Of a stretch of DNA of 64,000 nucleotides, positions 10,340 through 20,642 are shown one piece after another. The notes under the pieces were generated by a model. It searched no databases. It was not told where the DNA came from and saw only the letters and a list, made by a program, of their open reading frames with translations. The position numbers and the translations under genes are program-made. The DNA comes from a bacterium (GTDB taxonomy: Bacteria; Fidelibacterota; Fidelibacteria; Fidelibacterales; Fidelibacteraceae). The first letter of the stretch is position 1; the number at the start of each line of letters is the position of its first letter. The stretch lies in contig OY781066.1 in NCBI GenBank assembly GCA_963676395.1, positions 64,001-128,000 of the forward strand, read 5' to 3'.

Positions 10340-10404
10340 ATTTAAAGTTAAGAAAAATTTAGGGGGATGCAAAGTAGATATAAGTTAAGATCAAGACAGG
10401 ATAA

Positions 10405-10935
10405 TTAACATCGATCTTCTGATTTTACTTTTTTTAAGTATTTCTTGGCTTGAGCAAAGAACTCTAACGCTTTAGGAATCTTGTAATCCGGGTACGTCCA
10501 CGGTAAAGGTATAAATTTATCTTTTGAAGCCATTAAAGTCACTTCGGCATAAATACCTTCGGCTAAATAGGTTCTATGGGAAAATGCTTTTGTTGTCAAT
10601 AATGACAATTGATATAAATTTAATGCCCCCGGATCTATATTAACACATCGATCTCCGTCACGGGAATACATCTTCTCTATACTTTGAGATTCTACTTTAA
10701 ATCGATAAAAATTCTCCAAGTGAACCAGAGGTTTGAAAACATAAAAGCATTTGAATAAGGTCTCTCCCATTTCCTCTTGATAGTATGATGATATGGTATC
10801 AAAACGGAAAATATCACCCTTTAAATAAATAGAACCATAATAACGTTCAAATAAAGATTCTATTTCAGGAAACAGATTGATATCATTGGCAGTGAGTGCC
10901 TGGAAAAGGAGACAATTTTTGTCTTGATTCTTCAT
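10405..10935 (-). CDS. DUF4416 family protein
   Basis: YYQEEMG, RCVNIDPG, TTKAFSHRTYL..GIYAE, PWTYPDY. Confidence 0.85.
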   Translation of the reverse strand: MKNQDKNCLLFQALTANDINLFPEIESLFERYYGSIYLKGDIFRFDTISSYYQEEMGETLFKCFYVFKPLVHLENFYRFKVESQSIEKMYSRDGDRCVNIDPGALNLYQLSLLTTKAFSHRTYLAEGIYAEVTLMASKDKFIPLPWTYPDYKIPKALEFFAQAKKYLKKVKSEDRC

Positions 10936-10989
10936 ATTGTTAATTAATGATATACAAAAACAAATTTCTTGCTTCCATATAATTTAAAT

Positions 10990-11997
10990 TTATTTCTTTA
11001 TCTTTTGTTCGGGAATAATCACGGCAAGGGTCAATAGAATTAATGCTAGCGAAGCAAAAACCAAATATAGTTCGGTATAACGAGCGAACTCATGCGTTTG
11101 ATATTCCTGCCTGTCACCGTGTAAAATATGCTCATAGATAGCTTCTATAGGGTTTTTAACAGCACCTAAACGATAGTATCTCCCCCCACTACTATTGGAA
11201 ATATGTTGTAAGGTTTGCTCTTGGAGAACAGAAGTAATCACCCGATCCTGAGTATCTCTAAGGAAATCAACCATATCACCATGACTATCAAATACAGGGA
11301 TCCTGGAACCCTTTAGAGTCCCTACACCTAAAGTATAAATAACAACATGTTCATCTTTCGCTCTTTTGAGAACTTTTTCTAGATCTTGTTCGTGATCCTC
11401 GCCATCACTGATCAAAATGATGGCTTTAAACTGTTGATTGTCATCGGGAAAGGCATCAAGGGAGGTGCTAATGGCATCTGCAAAAGCTGTTCCTTGAATA
11501 GGGATCAAGCTTTGATCCATCATCTCTAACATCATAGCAGCAGTGGAATAATCGGAAGTAATAGGGCATTGCAAATGAGATACACCGGCAAAGGCAATCA
11601 ATCCTATCCTATCCCCTTTAAGCATAGATAATAATCGTTTCACTTCATATTTAGATCTTTCTAATCTGGATGGAGCTATATCTCGTGCTGACATAGATGT
11701 CGAAAGATCCATTGCAACAATAACATCCATTCCTTCTTGCTTTAACTCTTTTAGACCCGAGCCAATTCTCAAACCACTCGATGCAAAAATCATGAATACT
11801 AAAGCCAATAAGAATAAATCCTTTTTCAATCCCCTCATTGAACGACTTTTTTCAGGATAAAGACGTTCGATTATATCTTTATTTAGATATTCCTCCAATT
11901 TCTTTCGTTTTCTACGAGATATAAATAATTCCAGTCCCCAAAGTATCGGGATCAATAAGAGGAGCCATAACATTTGAGGATTAGAGAAACCAAGCAT
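10990..11997 (-). CDS. batB: BatB-like von Willebrand factor A membrane protein
   Basis: DLSTSM MIDAS, PSRLE, DRIGLIAFAG, PIQGT, SDGEDHE; TAATG coupling to batA. Confidence 0.85.
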   Translation of the reverse strand: MLGFSNPQMLWLLLLIPILWGLELFISRRKRKKLEEYLNKDIIERLYPEKSRSMRGLKKDLFLLALVFMIFASSGLRIGSGLKELKQEGMDVIVAMDLSTSMSARDIAPSRLERSKYEVKRLLSMLKGDRIGLIAFAGVSHLQCPITSDYSTAAMMLEMMDQSLIPIQGTAFADAISTSLDAFPDDNQQFKAIILISDGEDHEQDLEKVLKRAKDEHVVIYTLGVGTLKGSRIPVFDSHGDMVDFLRDTQDRVITSVLQEQTLQHISNSSGGRYYRLGAVKNPIEAIYEHILHGDRQEYQTHEFARYTELYLVFASLALILLTLAVIIPEQKIKK

Positions 11998-12962
11998 TAG
12001 ACATTCCTCCATGTAATATATCTGAATATAAATGCTAATAGAGCCAATAATAGAGCAAGAGTAACATAGAAATAGTACTTTTCAAGCCAATTCACATAAT
12101 CACGCGCATTTATCTCAGTTTTCTCTAGCCGGGAGATCTCTGCCCATATCTGCTCTAGTTTTTCTTGAGAATCAGCTCTATAAAACTTCCCCCCGGTTTC
12201 ATCGGATATTTTTCTTAGCAATTGATCATTCAAAGGCGGAATTCTCTGTGCAAAAAAGCCTCCGGTTGTCATTCCACCATTTCCGGCCATTCCAATCGTA
12301 TAGATCTTAATACCAAAATCTTTCGCAAATCCGGCAGCCGTCATAGGATCAATATCACCTGCATTATTTTCGCCATCGGTTAACAAAATAACTAATTTAC
12401 TCTTTGCATCTGAGTCTCTTAGCCTATTAATACAGTTAGAGATCGCTAAGCCAATCGCTGTTCCGTCAAGAGATTGTGGGACGATAGTCATCTTCCCTAT
12501 CAATTCATTAACCACATCATAATCGATGGTCAAGGGGCACTGCAAGAACGACTCACCGGCAAAAACCACTAATCCTATACGATCATTTTCTCTTCCATTT
12601 ACAAAATCTCTTGCAACACGTTTAGATGCTTCTAATCTGTTGGGTGAAAAATCATTCAACTGCATTGATCCTGAAATATCCAAAGCCAACATAATATCAA
12701 CACCCTTGATCTTTACATCACGATTGTTTTGGGCTAATTGCGGTCTTGCAAGCGCAGTAATAATCAAGAGTACTGACAACAGAGTCAGTATTTTCGGTAT
12801 AATAATTTTATAATAATACCTTCTATTGTGTTTTTGTAAAGGAGCGGAATCTCCAATACGAAGCATACGTTGTTTTTTTTGGGTAAAAAATATTGAACTA
12901 ATCCCATAAGCTATTGCCGGGATATATAATATGAATATGATAGGATATAAAAAACGATACAT
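11997..12962 (-). CDS. batA: BatA-like von Willebrand factor A membrane protein
   Basis: ALARPQ, DISGSM MIDAS, PNRLEA, DGTAIG, LTDGENNAG. Confidence 0.88.
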   Translation of the reverse strand: MYRFLYPIIFILYIPAIAYGISSIFFTQKKQRMLRIGDSAPLQKHNRRYYYKIIIPKILTLLSVLLIITALARPQLAQNNRDVKIKGVDIMLALDISGSMQLNDFSPNRLEASKRVARDFVNGRENDRIGLVVFAGESFLQCPLTIDYDVVNELIGKMTIVPQSLDGTAIGLAISNCINRLRDSDAKSKLVILLTDGENNAGDIDPMTAAGFAKDFGIKIYTIGMAGNGGMTTGGFFAQRIPPLNDQLLRKISDETGGKFYRADSQEKLEQIWAEISRLEKTEINARDYVNWLEKYYFYVTLALLLALLAFIFRYITWRNV

Positions 12963-13038
12963 AATTTTACTTCAATTTATCAATTTATTTTCAACAAGAC
13001 ATTTGGCTTTCGACTTTCAAAAGCAATTTACAGGTCCT

Positions 13039-13734
13039 TTAACTCTTAGCCTTCAACTTCTTTTCAATGACATCACTCATAAACCATAGCAAAATTTCAG
13101 CTATTTCTTTATGAAGATCATCTTGACTACGCTTTCCTTTATTCAATAGTTCCAATGAATGGTCTGCTCCGGGTACAAGCATTAGATGTGCATATGGGTT
13201 TAAAGCCCCCATTAGCAGTTCAAGTTGACCCCTATCGGCATATTTATCTTCACTTCCTGAAACAAACATCATAGGTCGCTTTATCTCAAACAGCGCTTTT
13301 CTTGAAATCGGAATTTTCATAAATGGGAAATGCATTGGATAGGTTAAAAATACGAAACCTGCAGCATCTTTATTATTGTATTTTGAAGACATCAAAGCGC
13401 CAAAGGATTTACCACCAACAAATAGGAATTTTGTATCAGGAAGTTCATGATGAACATCATCCATAATGGCTTCATAACATACTTTATAATTACTTTTATT
13501 TACTTTGTTTTTAGGATTATCTACAAAAGGAAAATTATATCGAACAAAGTTTACATTCTCTGAGGGTAATATACCAGCTAGATAATCATATAGGGGTATA
13601 TTCATATTATTATACCTGCCATGCCCCAAAATCAGAGTTACATCCGATACTTTTTCCGGTAAATTGTATTCAATAAGAAATTCAGATTTTTTAAAGGGAT
13701 AAATGATATTCTGATATTGTCGTGCTTTATTCAT
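13039..13734 (-). CDS. Alpha/beta hydrolase (KANL3/Tex30-like)
   Basis: LGHG, RYNFPF, GGKSFG nucleophile elbow, YPMH, GSED, GADHS. Confidence 0.8.
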   Translation of the reverse strand: MNKARQYQNIIYPFKKSEFLIEYNLPEKVSDVTLILGHGRYNNMNIPLYDYLAGILPSENVNFVRYNFPFVDNPKNKVNKSNYKVCYEAIMDDVHHELPDTKFLFVGGKSFGALMSSKYNNKDAAGFVFLTYPMHFPFMKIPISRKALFEIKRPMMFVSGSEDKYADRGQLELLMGALNPYAHLMLVPGADHSLELLNKGKRSQDDLHKEIAEILLWFMSDVIEKKLKAKS

Positions 13735-16066
13735 CGTCAAAAGTACCATCTTCCATTGATTTCAAGTGTTCGTAATAATCCATATCGGCATAAACTTCAC
13801 GGGCTTTTGAGCCTCGTGATGGGCCTACAATACCAGCCTCTTCTAATTCATCTATCAATCTTCCAGCACGGCTATAACCCACTCGTAGACGTCGTTGCAA
13901 TAGCGAGGCAGATCCCTGTTGGTGTAAGATCACCAATTTCATGGCTTCGTCAAACAAAGGATCTTTTCCATTATTTCTGCCTTTTTTATTGTCTTCAAAT
14001 TCTTCTTCGGGTTCAGGTTCTATAGATGTGGGAAGGACAAGATCATCTTTTCGTTTTGGTTGTGACTCAATATGGCTCAACACCCTATTAATCTCTTTCA
14101 GAGAGATAAAAGCGTTATGTGCGCGAACTGGCGTAGGTTTCCCAGGAGGAAGAAATAGCATATCACCTTTACCAAGAAGAGTTTCACCGCCACCCGTATC
14201 AAGAATGGTTCTACTATCAGTTTTTGTAGGCACTGCAAAAGAAATTCTTGCAGGAATATTTGATCTAATCAAACCGGTAATAACATCAACCGATGGTCTT
14301 TGTGTTGCAACAACAAGATGAATTCCAACTGCGCGGGCCATTTGAGCCAAGCGTTGGATTGGTAGTTCTATTTCTGCTTTGGTAGTTCTATCGGACATTA
14401 ATTCTGCCAATTCATCAATGATTACAACAATGTATGGCATAATTGTTTGGCCTTGATCTTTCATTACCTCATTGTATTCCGCAATATTTCTAACTCCGGT
14501 ATTTTCCAAAGTAGTATATCTAGTTTCCATTTCAAGAATAGCCGACCGTAGCATAAAAATAGCATTCTGCTGATTTGTTACGACATATTCATCAATATCT
14601 TCTGATGTAATCAAATGATATGGTTCAAGCTTTCTATAAATAGAGAGCTCTATTTTTTTCGGATCCACTAAAATGAATTTAACTTGCTCAGGTGTTGCCT
14701 GATAAAGAATTGACATAATAATAGTATTAATACAAACTGATTTACCTGAACCGGTTGTACCACCAATCAAAAGGTGAGGCATTTTATCAAGATCAAAACT
14801 AAAAGGAGTGCCTTCGGCAGTTTTACCCAAAGCAAGCGATAGAACACTTTTACTGTGTTTAAATGAATCGGATTCTACAATTGATTTAAAGTAGATTAAC
14901 TCGGGGTTATCATTGGGTATTTCAACACCAACTACGGTTTTCCCCGGAATGGGTGCAAGAATCCTGATATGCTTTGCAGCCATTACGCGAGCAATATCTT
15001 TTTCAAGATTGGTAATGCGACTAACGCGAACACCTTCACCCAAAGCAATCTCATACATCGTAATAACCGGACCCGGTAAAATGCGTACCACCTTACCATC
15101 CACACCATATTGAGGAAGCATCTCAGTAAGTTTTCTTGCCTTTTCCTGAAGTTCTTCTTCGTTATAAGTATTACCTTCCGGTTCTTCTGTCAATAAATTA
15201 TTAGTCGGTAACACATAAGGTAATTTACTATTCTCCGATTGAATCTCGGCTAGAGACTCACTGGATTCAATTGGCGCTGTATCAATACTTGGCTGTTCTA
15301 TAGTCGATTCGTCATTCTCTTCACTAAGTATAGGCTCGGGTTTAATTTGTGGTTTTTCCTGTCCCTCTGGTTGCTTAAGCCTATCTAGAATATCATCTAT
15401 TTCTTTGCCGTTTTTTGTTTTCTTCTCAGGACTCTTCTGCTTCTCTTTCTTTTTCACCCTTTTACTTCGCTTACCCCTCTTTTCCTTTGCTGGTTTTAAC
15501 ACAGGCAACGCATCTTCTTTGTTCTTTTCAATGCGTTTACCTTCTTTCAAACTCTGTACGGGAGCACTTATACTGAAACGGAAATAACCGCTAAGTGTCA
15601 TAAATAACCCTGAAAGTAAAACGATGATCGATGGAGCGACACCTATCCAGTCGGATAATGCATAGGCTATCATGCCCGAAAAAAGCGGAAATGATCTACC
15701 TGAGTCAGGAGTCAATTCTATAGAAAAAAGTACAGAAAGAATAAATAAAAATATCAAATAAAACCAGGTTGTACGCTTGAGTACTTTTTTATTAAGATCA
15801 AAGAGAAGAAAAGCACCCCACACAGCAATTAAGGGGATCAATCCCCAAGCTATATAACCTATTCCCCATTTAATAAATATTGTGGATAATACCACACCGG
15901 CAAACCCCATTGAATTGTCAATGAGTGTGTAATGAGTTAAGATCATTTCATCTCGTTCGGAATATGAAGCTAAACTCATAGCAAAAAGAACCGCCAAAAT
16001 AATGGTAGCTATTCCAATGATCGCCATTTGTCTTTTGTTTGAGAAGTCGTTTTTGTCTGTTTTCAC
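13727..16066 (-). CDS. ftsK: DNA translocase FtsK/SpoIIIE
   Basis: N-terminal TM domain, GTTGSGKS Walker A, DPKKIEL, IDELAE, ATQRPS, C-terminal gamma domain. Confidence 0.97.
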   Translation of the reverse strand: MKTDKNDFSNKRQMAIIGIATIILAVLFAMSLASYSERDEMILTHYTLIDNSMGFAGVVLSTIFIKWGIGYIAWGLIPLIAVWGAFLLFDLNKKVLKRTTWFYLIFLFILSVLFSIELTPDSGRSFPLFSGMIAYALSDWIGVAPSIIVLLSGLFMTLSGYFRFSISAPVQSLKEGKRIEKNKEDALPVLKPAKEKRGKRSKRVKKKEKQKSPEKKTKNGKEIDDILDRLKQPEGQEKPQIKPEPILSEENDESTIEQPSIDTAPIESSESLAEIQSENSKLPYVLPTNNLLTEEPEGNTYNEEELQEKARKLTEMLPQYGVDGKVVRILPGPVITMYEIALGEGVRVSRITNLEKDIARVMAAKHIRILAPIPGKTVVGVEIPNDNPELIYFKSIVESDSFKHSKSVLSLALGKTAEGTPFSFDLDKMPHLLIGGTTGSGKSVCINTIIMSILYQATPEQVKFILVDPKKIELSIYRKLEPYHLITSEDIDEYVVTNQQNAIFMLRSAILEMETRYTTLENTGVRNIAEYNEVMKDQGQTIMPYIVVIIDELAELMSDRTTKAEIELPIQRLAQMARAVGIHLVVATQRPSVDVITGLIRSNIPARISFAVPTKTDSRTILDTGGGETLLGKGDMLFLPPGKPTPVRAHNAFISLKEINRVLSHIESQPKRKDDLVLPTSIEPEPEEEFEDNKKGRNNGKDPLFDEAMKLVILHQQGSASLLQRRLRVGYSRAGRLIDELEEAGIVGPSRGSKAREVYADMDYYEHLKSMEDGTFDDE

Positions 16067-16089
16067 TGTTTACCTATATTCAAGAATGA

Positions 16090-16118
16090 AATTTAAGATT
16101 TTTCAAAGCTGTTAGCAA
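16090..16118 (-). promoter_or_regulatory. Putative sigma70 promoter of ftsK
   Basis: TTGCTA-N17-TAAATT. Confidence 0.6.
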
Positions 16119-16202
16119 GGGATTACATCATAAGAAACATTATGCTTAATTTCAATATACTTTATTGTAATCCTTAAATTATAAATAATATTATATAAAA
16201 AC

Positions 16203-16233
16203 AAAAACCGTCTCGAAATATCGTGACGGTTTT
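16203..16233 (-). terminator. Intrinsic terminator after tRNA-Ser
   Basis: AAAACCGTC...GACGGTTTT hairpin with T tracts. Confidence 0.8.
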
Positions 16234-16236
16234 AAA

Positions 16237-16321
16237 TGGCGGAGGATGAGGGACTCGAACCCCCAAGCCCAAAGGGCGGCGGTTTTCAAGACCGCTGACT
16301 TACCAATTAGCCTAATCCTCC
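16237..16321 (-). tRNA. tRNA-Ser(TGA)
   Basis: GGAGGAT/ATCCTCC acceptor stem, CT-TGA-AA anticodon loop, long variable arm GCCCTTTGGGC, GGTTCGAGTCC T-arm, encoded GCCA end. Confidence 0.97.
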
Positions 16322-16334
16322 CAAATAGCCTGCT

Positions 16335-16363
16335 ATTTTAATCGCTTTATATATAATATGCAA
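16335..16363 (-). promoter_or_regulatory. Putative sigma70 promoter of tRNA-Ser
   Basis: TTGCAT-N17-TAAAAT followed by GC-richer AGCAGGC. Confidence 0.7.
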
Positions 16364-16509
16364 GAGTTTATTTAGTGCTTTTCATGTTTTTTACCTTATA
16401 AAAGCAGAAGAAAATAAGAGCTTCAGAAAATTAGATTGATATTTCGAGATTTGGTTTATACCTCGGTATTCACATTCATTATAATTGATATAATAAAAAT
16501 CATACAAAC

Positions 16510-16539
16510 AAAAAAGTCTCAAAATAAATTCTGAGACTT
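16510..16539 (-). terminator. Intrinsic terminator ending the polysaccharide locus
   Basis: AAGTCTCA...TGAGACTT hairpin plus TTTT on the minus strand. Confidence 0.7.
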
Positions 16540-16625
16540 AAATCACTTCTTCACAAACTTTTTATCACACAATGCAAGCCACAGAACAAGCGAAAAGGCT
16601 ATGCTTCTTAAATTCTTAGCTTCTT

Positions 16626-17702
16626 TTAATTTAAATAAGATAAAATGGCTTTCGTGATCAATTCTGCAGAATCACCACTACCGTAAGGGCACTCAACCTC
16701 ATGCACAGGATCAAAACTTTGTATCGCCTCAACGATCTTATCCGTATCTGCTCCTACAATGATATTATACCCCAAATCGACAGTTTCTATCCATTCTGAT
16801 TCATTACGAATTGTAATACAGGGTACTTGTAAAAAGAAGGCCTCTTTTTGCATACCTCCGGAATCAGTGATAATTTTATTTGCATTCTTTTCAAGAGCTA
16901 TCATATCTAAATATCCAATTGGATCAATCACACGGAGCATCGGAATATTACTTACTATTGATTCCATTTCATGCGATTCTAAGCGAGCTCTCATTCTTGG
17001 ATGTACGGGATAAATTATAGGGATATCTACATTTTTGAGTGCCTTGAAAATATTCCGGATCCTATTGATATTGTCTGTATTCTCCGGACGATGCATTGTA
17101 AAAAGAATATATCCACCGGTATTTAGACCCAATTCACAAACAATTTTTGATCTTTCTTTTGATACAGGTAAAAAATGTTGCATTGCATCATACATAATAT
17201 CTCCACAGAGATATACTTCATTCTTAATCCCTTCTTTAGCAAGAAGACTGACAGCATTGGCAGTTGGGCAGAATAACTGAGCAGATATGACATCGGTTGT
17301 TATCCGATTGATCTCTTCCGGCATTTTGCGATTGAATGAACGAAGTCCCGCTTCAATATGTCCGACCGGAATATGCAATTTTGCGGCGGCCAATGCACCG
17401 GCTATAGTAGAATTGGTATCACCAAAAACGACCACATAATCAGGTTTTTCTTTTAGTAATATTTCCTCTATTCCCTTAAGCATTTGGGCGGTTTGCTTTC
17501 CATGAGTACCAGACCTGACATTTAGATTATAATCGGGTTTCGGGATTCCCATTTCATCAAAAAAAATCCTAGACATATTATCATCATAATGCTGCCCTGT
17601 ATGTATAATCACTTCTTGAAAGTGATTTCTCACTGCCTGAGAGAATGGTGCTGCTTTAATAAATTGAGGACGAGCACCTAAGATGGTTAGGATTTTTTTC
17701 AT
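16626..17702 (-). CDS. wecB: Non-hydrolysing UDP-GlcNAc 2-epimerase (WecB/WbpI type)
   Basis: GARPQFIK, HTGQHYD, GDTNST, HIEAGLRS, TDSGG.QKEA. Confidence 0.92.
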   Translation of the reverse strand: MKKILTILGARPQFIKAAPFSQAVRNHFQEVIIHTGQHYDDNMSRIFFDEMGIPKPDYNLNVRSGTHGKQTAQMLKGIEEILLKEKPDYVVVFGDTNSTIAGALAAAKLHIPVGHIEAGLRSFNRKMPEEINRITTDVISAQLFCPTANAVSLLAKEGIKNEVYLCGDIMYDAMQHFLPVSKERSKIVCELGLNTGGYILFTMHRPENTDNINRIRNIFKALKNVDIPIIYPVHPRMRARLESHEMESIVSNIPMLRVIDPIGYLDMIALEKNANKIITDSGGMQKEAFFLQVPCITIRNESEWIETVDLGYNIIVGADTDKIVEAIQSFDPVHEVECPYGSGDSAELITKAILSYLN

Positions 17703-17800
17703 ATACTTAGCTTTTATTTAATGGTATTTTCTTTCATGTACAATAAGCCTATGATATGGAGGCTTAGAGCTTAAACAATTTGCAAACTTTCTAAGCTTTC

Positions 17801-18967
17801 TTAATCTCTTGCATAAATATCGCGAGTATATACTTTCTCTTTAACGGCTTCAAGCTCTTCTGACATACGATTTGCTACGATAACTTCACATTGAGCTTGA
17901 AATTCATCAAAGTCATGATAAACCTTAGAACTAAAAAAGTCTTCTTCCTCTAAAGTCGGTTCATACACCACAACTTCAATTCCCTTTGCTTTAATGCGTT
18001 TCATCACACCCTGTATTGCGGATTGACGGAAATTATCAGAATCTGTTTTCATCGTCAAACGATAAATACCGACAGTCTTTGGCTTTAATGCCAAAATCAT
18101 TTCTGAAATGTGATCTTTGCGAGTTCTATTAGCATCAACAATAGCTGTCATCATATTCTGAGGGACTTCGGAATAGTTCGCTAAAAGTTGTTTTGTATCC
18201 TTAGGTAAACAATAGCCTCCGTAGCCAAATGAAGGATTGTTATAATGATTTCCAATACGAGGATCTAATCCAACACCTTCAATGATCTGCAGACTGTTTA
18301 AATTTCTGATTTCAGCATACGAGTCCAATTCATTAAAATACGAGACTCTCATAGCCAGGTAAGTATTAGCAAATAATTTAATCGCTTCAGCTTCGGTGGA
18401 ACCGGTAAAAAGCACCGGAATATCTTCTTTGATAGCACCTTCTTGCAATAGATCGGCAAAGGTCTTAGCCTCTTGGGAATTATCACCAATAATAATTCTT
18501 GAAGGATATAGATTATCATACAGAGCCTTACCTTCTCTCAAGAATTCAGGAGAAAAAATAATTTTATCACTATTGAATTTTTCTCTCATATTTTCTGTAA
18601 ACCCAACCGGAACCGTCGATTTTATGATCATAGTAGCTCCAGGATTGATTTCCAACACATCTTTGATCACCTGTTCTACTGTATCGGTATTAAAAAAATT
18701 CAACTGAGGATCATAGTTGGTTGGCGTACAAATAATAACAAATTCTGCATTATTATATGCAGCTTTTTTATCTAAAGTAGCGGTAAGATCCAATTCTTTA
18801 TTTGCGAGATATTCCTCTACATCCGCATCAATGATAGGAGATACTTTAGAGTTGATCATATCCACTTTTTCCGAAATAATATCTAATGTCATCACTTGAT
18901 GCTTTTGTGCTAGAAGAATTGCATTTGATATGCCAACATACCCTGTACCGGCTATTGTAATTTTCAT
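17801..18967 (-). CDS. ugd: UDP-glucose 6-dehydrogenase
   Basis: [30 protein letters not shown]. Confidence 0.95.
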   Translation of the reverse strand: MKITIAGTGYVGISNAILLAQKHQVMTLDIISEKVDMINSKVSPIIDADVEEYLANKELDLTATLDKKAAYNNAEFVIICTPTNYDPQLNFFNTDTVEQVIKDVLEINPGATMIIKSTVPVGFTENMREKFNSDKIIFSPEFLREGKALYDNLYPSRIIIGDNSQEAKTFADLLQEGAIKEDIPVLFTGSTEAEAIKLFANTYLAMRVSYFNELDSYAEIRNLNSLQIIEGVGLDPRIGNHYNNPSFGYGGYCLPKDTKQLLANYSEVPQNMMTAIVDANRTRKDHISEMILALKPKTVGIYRLTMKTDSDNFRQSAIQGVMKRIKAKGIEVVVYEPTLEEEDFFSSKVYHDFDEFQAQCEVIVANRMSEELEAVKEKVYTRDIYARD

Positions 18968-19034
18968 TTTTTACTCATTTTTTTGCTTGAAGCTAATTTA
19001 TAAGCAACTGGATATAAAATCTCATTATAACCAC

Positions 19035-20351
19035 TTACTGAGCTCCGCCACCCATTCTAAAGACTTTGTCTTTGGTGTTTTTAAGACCTTTTGTCACATT
19101 ACGACTATCAACAACAAGATTTGCATTATCAACTACAAACTGATAATCAACATTTTTATGTGCGGTCGTAATCACAACTGCATCCATTTCCTTAAGTAAG
19201 TCCTTATTCAACGGAACAGATTCCACGTAACCATCAAAGTGCTTAAAAACAGGACAGTATGAATCATGATAGCACACTGTTGCACCCTTATCTTCTAAGA
19301 GATTATAAACATCAAATGCTGGGGATTCTCTAAGGTCATCTATATCATTTTTATAGGCCATTCCTAAAATAAGAATATTTGCACCATTTACAGATTTTTT
19401 TTGTGCATTAAGACCATCCATCAATGTATGAACTACATATTCAGGCATTGAGGTGTTAACCTCAGCCGCTAAATCAATAAATTTAGTTTTATAGTTCAAT
19501 GTCTTCATTTTCCAGCTTAAATAGTGAGGATCTATAGGAATACAATGGCCACCTAAACCCGGTCCGGGATAAAATTTCATAAATCCAAAAGGTTTCGTCC
19601 CCGCTGCATCGATCACTTCCCATGCATCCACACCCAAACGATCACACATAATCGCCAATTCATTTACCCAACCGATATTGATCATACGAAATGTGTTTTC
19701 TAAAAGCTTTGCCATTTCTGCCGCTTCCGCTGAAGAAACAGGTACCATTTCATCAAAAATCTGGTTATAAATAGCAATGGAATGTTCAGTACATGCAGGA
19801 GTTACGCCACCCAATACCTTAGGAGTATTTTTAGTTAAATAAACAGGATTGCCGGGATCTACACGTTCGGGTGAAAATGAAAGATAAAAATCTTCTCCAC
19901 ATTTTAAGCCTGATTTTTCCAATCGAGGGAGCATATATTCGCGAGTGGTTCCGGGATACGTGGTAGATTCAAGAATAACTACCAGATCTTTATGCATATA
20001 TTTTTCAATTTCATCCAAAGCAGATGTAATAAATGACATGTCCGGATCTTTTAATTTATTTAAAGGAGTGGGAACACAAATAGATACAACATCCATATCC
20101 TTGATCACAGAAAAATCAGTTGTCGCTACTATTAGCCCTTTATCAACAGCTGCCTTTAATTCTTCATCTTTAACATCACCAATATAATTAATTCCATTAT
20201 TTACTTTTTCGGCCTTATCTTTATCGATTTCGATGCCTGTTACCTTTATGCCAACATTTGCTACTTCCACAGCAAGTGGTAACCCAACATATCCCAATCC
20301 AATAACACAAAATTGGGTATCTTTTGTTTTAAGTTTTTCTAAAAAAGTCAT
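19035..20351 (-). CDS. UDP-N-acetylhexosamine 6-dehydrogenase (WbpA/WecC family)
   Basis: GLGYVGLPLA, ESTTYPGTT, SPERVDPG, GGHCIPIDP; GGAG RBS before MTFLEK. Confidence 0.92.
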   Translation of the reverse strand: MTFLEKLKTKDTQFCVIGLGYVGLPLAVEVANVGIKVTGIEIDKDKAEKVNNGINYIGDVKDEELKAAVDKGLIVATTDFSVIKDMDVVSICVPTPLNKLKDPDMSFITSALDEIEKYMHKDLVVILESTTYPGTTREYMLPRLEKSGLKCGEDFYLSFSPERVDPGNPVYLTKNTPKVLGGVTPACTEHSIAIYNQIFDEMVPVSSAEAAEMAKLLENTFRMINIGWVNELAIMCDRLGVDAWEVIDAAGTKPFGFMKFYPGPGLGGHCIPIDPHYLSWKMKTLNYKTKFIDLAAEVNTSMPEYVVHTLMDGLNAQKKSVNGANILILGMAYKNDIDDLRESPAFDVYNLLEDKGATVCYHDSYCPVFKHFDGYVESVPLNKDLLKEMDAVVITTAHKNVDYQFVVDNANLVVDSRNVTKGLKNTKDKVFRMGGGAQ

Positions 20352-20410
20352 TCTTTCTCCATTAAACATTAAGTCTTTATTTGTTTATTGTATTTAAAAT
20401 TCAAGGTTTG

Positions 20411-20439
20411 AATTTAAGATGATAGATTTAATCAAGCAA
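20411..20439 (-). promoter_or_regulatory. Putative promoter of the wbpA-ugd-wecB unit
   Basis: TTGCTT-N17-TAAATT. Confidence 0.6.
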
Positions 20440-20642
20440 TAAATAAATGAAGAGCTTTGGGTACAAAGGAGTTTTAAAGATATGATTTAGAGTGATATTT
20501 CAAGATCAAGGTTAAATAATTTAAATTGAGTCAACTGTTATTTCTTTTCGATGAAAAGTTTTAAAATTTAAGTCGACTAAATTGATCTTTTTATAACATC
20601 TTGTGCGCCAAGCGCCTTAGTACGGGTTTTGACTTTTAGTTC

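Noticed and set aside
16200..16630. tRNA-Ser as the integration site of the glycan locus
   Set aside because: The locus lies 5' of the tRNA, no integrase is present, and I saw no duplicated tRNA 3' end (att).
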